Shown here piece after piece: positions 15,975-20,000 of a stretch of DNA of 20,000 bases. The position numbers were made by a program, and so were the translations under genes. The stretch's first letter is position 1, and the number at the start of each line of letters is the position of its first letter. Source of the stretch: an uncultured virus (IMG/VR IMGVR_UViG_3300028557_000030) (Duplodnaviria; Heunggongvirae; Uroviricota; Caudoviricetes); IMG/VR virus record IMGVR_UViG_3300028557_000030. One strand, given 5' to 3'. A model generated the notes under the pieces. That model was not told the DNA's origin and ran no database searches. It saw only the letters and a list, made by a program, of their open reading frames with translations.

Positions 15975-16208
15975 ATGCGACTGCTAGAGATGTTTGACCC
16001 GCCCGTTCAAGGAATGCAAGATGTCAATTCTGACAATAGCAGACCTGTGTATCGAACATCCCGCAAAACCAAACTAACACTAAAGCAAATCCGCAAATTG
16101 CGTCGAATGCTTGACGTTAGAAACTACGAACGTACCACATATCTTAAGAAAGTAAAGAAACAATACGGTGCACCGGCTGCAGGTGATGCCGGCGGCCCTT
16201 CAATCTAA
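15975..16208 (+). CDS. Small basic hypothetical protein in the head module
   Basis: 77 aa, RKTKLTLKQIRKLRRM...VKKQYG, with an N-terminal LLE (possible prohead-protease site). Confidence 0.7.
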   Translation: MRLLEMFDPPVQGMQDVNSDNSRPVYRTSRKTKLTLKQIRKLRRMLDVRNYERTTYLKKVKKQYGAPAAGDAGGPSI

Positions 16209-16280
16209 TCCTACGTAAATCCATTTCGTTAACCGAAACGTAAAAAACTAGTAGTTAATCCGACGTTTTCCTGACTACGG

Positions 16281-16288
16281 CATAAGTA
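16281..16288 (+). promoter_or_regulatory. Late promoter variant CATAAGTA
   Basis: Intergenic, upstream of the AGGAG SD (16312-16316) of the prohead core gene. Confidence 0.5.
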
Positions 16289-16326
16289 ATTTATACAAAG
16301 CCATTTATATCAGGAGAAACAAATCA

Positions 16327-17178
16327 ATGGATATTAGAAAATTTTCGCAACTACACGATCTCATCATCAATGAGGACGTAGATCAGGCCCGTGAACTATT
16401 CCACGAAATCGTCGTTGAAAAGTCTCGTGAAATCTTCGAGTCAATTATGGCCGACGACATGGACGATTCTATGGAAGAAAATATGGGCGGCCAAACAGGT
16501 GATCTACTTGACGAAATCAATGCTGAAGAATCAGGCGTTATGGAAGACGATGACGAAGCTGACATTGACTTTGATGATGACGCTGAAGAAGCAGGACAAG
16601 ACCTTACTCATGACATGGAAATGGACAATGACGAAGGCGAAGATTATGAACACGAAGAAGTTGAAGATGCAGTAATCCGCATCGAAGACAAGCTTGACCA
16701 ATTGATGGCTGAGTTTGAAGAAATCATGGGCGGCGGCGACTTCGGTGACGAAGGCGACGATGAAGCAATGATGGGCGCCGGTGATGAAGACTTCGGTGGC
16801 GATGACGAAGAAGATGACGAAGAAGCAATGATGGAAGCTGTACAGCTTCAGAAAGTTTCTGTAACTCACGGTGACAACGGTGTACAAAATAAAAGTGCAG
16901 TAGGTTCGGCAGCTAACGCAGGTCAAGCAGGAATGGCAAGCAAGCCAGTAAGATTTGCAGGCAACACTGAATCTGCTCCAAATGGTCCGAAGGCTCCGAG
17001 CAATGCATATTCAAAGGGAGAAGGCAATCTTCCAGGTGCAGGCAAGTTCAAGAATGCACCAGGGCATCGCGGCCTCGATCTAGACAAGACTCCAAAGCCT
17101 GTCTCAAAAGACGGAGCATCGGGCACCAAGAGTCCAGTAGCAGAGTCACGTAGACCTGCTCGTAGACCAGCACGTTAA
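16327..17178 (+). CDS. Acidic prohead core/internal protein (gp67/gp68 position)
   Basis: Very D/E-rich N-terminal part and a basic G/P/K-rich C-terminus. Strong SD. Lies between portal and protease. Confidence 0.6.
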   Translation: MDIRKFSQLHDLIINEDVDQARELFHEIVVEKSREIFESIMADDMDDSMEENMGGQTGDLLDEINAEESGVMEDDDEADIDFDDDAEEAGQDLTHDMEMDNDEGEDYEHEEVEDAVIRIEDKLDQLMAEFEEIMGGGDFGDEGDDEAMMGAGDEDFGGDDEEDDEEAMMEAVQLQKVSVTHGDNGVQNKSAVGSAANAGQAGMASKPVRFAGNTESAPNGPKAPSNAYSKGEGNLPGAGKFKNAPGHRGLDLDKTPKPVSKDGASGTKSPVAESRRPARRPAR

Positions 17179-17194
17179 GGGAATCTGAGAACAA

Positions 17195-17833
17195 ATGGCT
17201 TTGTATCTTAGGGAAAATCTAACCTTCGATAAGGCGGGGTTGATTGTCGAGTCCGTAACAGAAGGCGACGACAAGCTAAAGACCCTATATATGAAGGGGA
17301 TTTTCATTCAAGGCGGGGTAAAGAACGCAAATGAGCGTGTTTACCCCGTCAATGAAATTCAAGCAGCAGTAGATACATTGAATAAGCAGATTGAAGAAGG
17401 TTATTCGGTGTTGGGTGAAGTAGATCACCCAGATGATTTAAAGATTAATTTGGACCGTGTATCTCATATGATCACTCGTATGTGGATGGACGGTCCCAAT
17501 GGTTTCGGGAAACTGAAAATTCTCCCAACTCCAATGGGTCAACTCGTAAAGACTATGTTGGAATCAGGAGTCAAACTAGGCGTATCCAGTCGTGGATCAG
17601 GTAATGTAAACGATGTGGATGGCCGCGTCAGTGATTTTGAAATAATCACTGTAGACATCGTAGCTCAACCAAGCGCACCAAACGCATACCCTAAGGCAAT
17701 TTATGAAGGCGTCATGAATATGAAGCATGGTCATAAAATCCTTGAGATTGCTAAGGAAGCGGGCGGCGACAGAAAAGTACAGAGATTCTTAGGTGCAGAA
17801 GTAAAACGTCTCATCTCAGAACTCAAATTATAA
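17195..17833 (+). CDS. gp21: Prohead core protease
   Basis: GIFIQGGVKNANERVYP, GEVDHP, INLDRVSH, GVSSRGSG and DIVAQPSAPNAY. Confidence 0.95.
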   Translation: MALYLRENLTFDKAGLIVESVTEGDDKLKTLYMKGIFIQGGVKNANERVYPVNEIQAAVDTLNKQIEEGYSVLGEVDHPDDLKINLDRVSHMITRMWMDGPNGFGKLKILPTPMGQLVKTMLESGVKLGVSSRGSGNVNDVDGRVSDFEIITVDIVAQPSAPNAYPKAIYEGVMNMKHGHKILEIAKEAGGDRKVQRFLGAEVKRLISELKL

Positions 17834-17848
17834 TAAGGGGATTAAAGC

Positions 17849-18958
17849 ATGTTAGATGCTATCAAGCCACTACTCGAAAGCGGCCTTATTAACGAAGATA
17901 TCGGGGTTCAGTTAAATGAAGCCTGGGAAGCTAAGTTAAATGAAGCTCGCAATGAGATTCGTGCAGAACTCCATGAGGAGTTTGCTAATCGCTACGAGCA
18001 TGATCGTAGCGTGATGGTCGAAGCCCTTGATAAGATGATGACAGAAAATCTTTCAGAAGAAATTGCAGAATTTGCATCTGAAAGAAAAGCAATGAACGAC
18101 GACCGTGTAAAAGCTCAATTAAAGCTACGCGAAAATGCAACAAAGTTCAATGACTTCATGGTTACTAAACTAGCCGAAGAAATCAGAGAATTGCGTTCTG
18201 ATCGCCAGCTTCAGACAGAAAACAACAAGAAGCTAGAACAATTCATTGTTCATGCTTTAGCTCGTGAAATCAAAGAGTTCTCTCAAGATAGACAAGCAGT
18301 TGTGGAAGCTAAAGTCAAGCTCGTTACTGAAGGCCGCAAGCAACTTAATGCACTCAAAGCAAGATTCATTGCAGAAAGCGCAAAGAGAGTCAGTTCAGTC
18401 GTCACATCACATCTCAAGGCTGAGTTATCTCAGCTTAAGGAAGATATCAAGCTCGCCAAAGAAAACAATTTCGGTCGCAGGATCTTTGAATCATTCGCAA
18501 GCGAATTCTCTGTAACTCATCTAAATGATAAGGCAGAGACTCGTAAGGTGATGAAGGCACTTGCATACAAAGACCGTCAACTTGCCGAAGCCAAATATAG
18601 ATTGTCAGAAACAACTAAGTTGGTTGAAAGCAAGGATCGTGAAGTCAGAATTATCAAGGAATCAACTCATCGTGAAAGAGAACTAGGCAAGCTCCTAGGA
18701 ACTCTGAATGCTGAGAAGGCCTCAGTAATGAAGACTTTACTAGAAAGCGTCCAGACACCAAAACTGTCTGCCGCATTCGATAAGTATTTGCCAGCAGTCC
18801 TTAATAACGGTTCAACACAGCCAACTTCAATGAAGAAGACTTTGAATGAATCTGTTATTGGAGAAGCTACTGGTAATAAAGCTGCCAAGAAAATTGAAGA
18901 AATCGATTCGTATGACACAGATAATGTAATCGATATTAAGCGCCTGGCAGGGCTTTAA
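17849..18958 (+). CDS. gp22: Prohead core scaffolding protein
   Basis: Coiled-coil, E/K-rich, with IFESF and many L/I-x-E sites. Lies between protease and capsid. Confidence 0.8.
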   Translation: MLDAIKPLLESGLINEDIGVQLNEAWEAKLNEARNEIRAELHEEFANRYEHDRSVMVEALDKMMTENLSEEIAEFASERKAMNDDRVKAQLKLRENATKFNDFMVTKLAEEIRELRSDRQLQTENNKKLEQFIVHALAREIKEFSQDRQAVVEAKVKLVTEGRKQLNALKARFIAESAKRVSSVVTSHLKAELSQLKEDIKLAKENNFGRRIFESFASEFSVTHLNDKAETRKVMKALAYKDRQLAEAKYRLSETTKLVESKDREVRIIKESTHRERELGKLLGTLNAEKASVMKTLLESVQTPKLSAAFDKYLPAVLNNGSTQPTSMKKTLNESVIGEATGNKAAKKIEEIDSYDTDNVIDIKRLAGL

Positions 18959-18985
18959 TTAGACATATTTTAGGAGAATAACATA

Positions 18986-20000
18986 ATGTCAAAAATACTC
19001 TTAGAAAGCCGTTGGGGAGAGACTAAAGACGCCCTGCTTGAAGGCTTGAAAGGCAATCGCAAATCAACGATGAGCGTATTGCTAGAAAATACAAAGAAGC
19101 AGTTGCTCGCTGAAAGCTCAGCTGGTACTACAACTGCTGGTAATATCGCAACACTTAACCGCGTTATTCTTCCAGTAATTCGTCGTGTCATGCCAACTGT
19201 TATCGCAAACGAACTCGTCGGCGTTCAGCCAATGACTGGCCCAGTTGGTCAGATTCACACTCTACGTGTTCGCTATGCAAATAGCTTGACTGATAACTCA
19301 GCAGCAGCAACTTCAGTAGTTGCTGGTGAAGAAGCACTATCACCGTTCAAGATTGCACAGGCATACTCACGCGTTCCTCTAGATGCAACAAGCACTAACT
19401 TCTACACTGGTGCTGATACTGCTTCACTAGAAGGTAACGGTGGTAAGCAGATTTCTGTTCAGATCCTTCGTCAGGCCGTAGAAGCCAAGTCACGCAAGCT
19501 ACAAGCTCGTTGGACTTTCGAAGCTGCACAGGACGCACAATCACAGCACGGTATCGACGTAGAAGCAGAAATCATGGCTGCTCTTGCACAAGAAATCACT
19601 GCTGAAATCGACCAAGAAATCTTGCTCTCACTTGCAACTCTTGCTTCAACTGAATTCACATTCAACCAAGCAACTGTTTCAGGTACTGCCACTTACGTTG
19701 GTGACGAACATGCTGCTCTAGCTGTTCTTATCAACCGCGTTGCAAACTTGATCGCACAACGTACTCGTCGTGGTGCAGGTAACTGGGCTGTTGTTTCACC
19801 AGCTACACTTACTGTTCTTCAGTCAGCTACAACTTCAGCATTCGCTCGTACAACTGAAGGCACTTTTGAAGCTCCAACTAACACCAAGTTTGTTGGTACT
19901 CTTAACGGTGCAATGCGTGTATTTGTTAACTCATATGCACCAGACACTCAGCCAGTACTCGTAGGATACAAGGGTTCATCGGAAACTGACGCAGCAGCAT
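18986..20000 (+). CDS. gp23: Major capsid protein (3'-truncated)
   Basis: Absent from the ORF track because it has no stop in the window. AGGAG SD. Translates as MSKILLESRW...VILPVIRRVMPTVIANELVGVQPMTGPVGQIHTLRVRYA...AKSRKLQARWTFEAAQDAQSQHGIDVEAEI. Confidence 0.96.
   Translation, partial: MSKILLESRWGETKDALLEGLKGNRKSTMSVLLENTKKQLLAESSAGTTTAGNIATLNRVILPVIRRVMPTVIANELVGVQPMTGPVGQIHTLRVRYANSLTDNSAAATSVVAGEEALSPFKIAQAYSRVPLDATSTNFYTGADTASLEGNGGKQISVQILRQAVEAKSRKLQARWTFEAAQDAQSQHGIDVEAEIMAALAQEITAEIDQEILLSLATLASTEFTFNQATVSGTATYVGDEHAALAVLINRVANLIAQRTRRGAGNWAVVSPATLTVLQSATTSAFARTTEGTFEAPTNTKFVGTLNGAMRVFVNSYAPDTQPVLVGYKGSSETDAAA

Noticed and set aside
16236..16269. Hairpin AAACGT...ACGTTT as a terminator
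   Set aside because: Weak, AT-rich, interrupted stem; not convincing.

Overview
A 20 kb segment of a large T4-like myophage genome. In order: late sigma factor gp55 (5'-truncated), gp47/gp46 (Mre11/Rad50-like nuclease), a PD-(D/E)xK Holliday-junction-resolvase-like gene, a ~560 bp non-coding interval, a minus-strand gp26-like baseplate hub/tail chaperone, two tandem paralogous tape-measure-like proteins with different C-terminal peptidoglycan hydrolases, and the head module (portal gp20, small genes, protease gp21, scaffold gp22, 3'-truncated major capsid gp23). Main observations: (1) a ~380 nt nested, multibranched putative ncRNA at 4620-5000, closed by a perfect 8-bp helix and matching no family I recognise; (2) next to it, GAA-triloop/tandem-GA hairpins typical of functional ssDNA; (3) a probable programmed -1 frameshift (T TTT TTC) fusing the gp26-like gene to an unannotated downstream frame, like lambda gpG/gpGT; (4) duplicated tape-measure-like genes, one ending in an amidase and one in a lambda-type lysozyme; (5) promoter spacing that suggests leaderless mRNAs. 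All family assignments come from motifs and synteny read by eye. No searches or folding programs were run.
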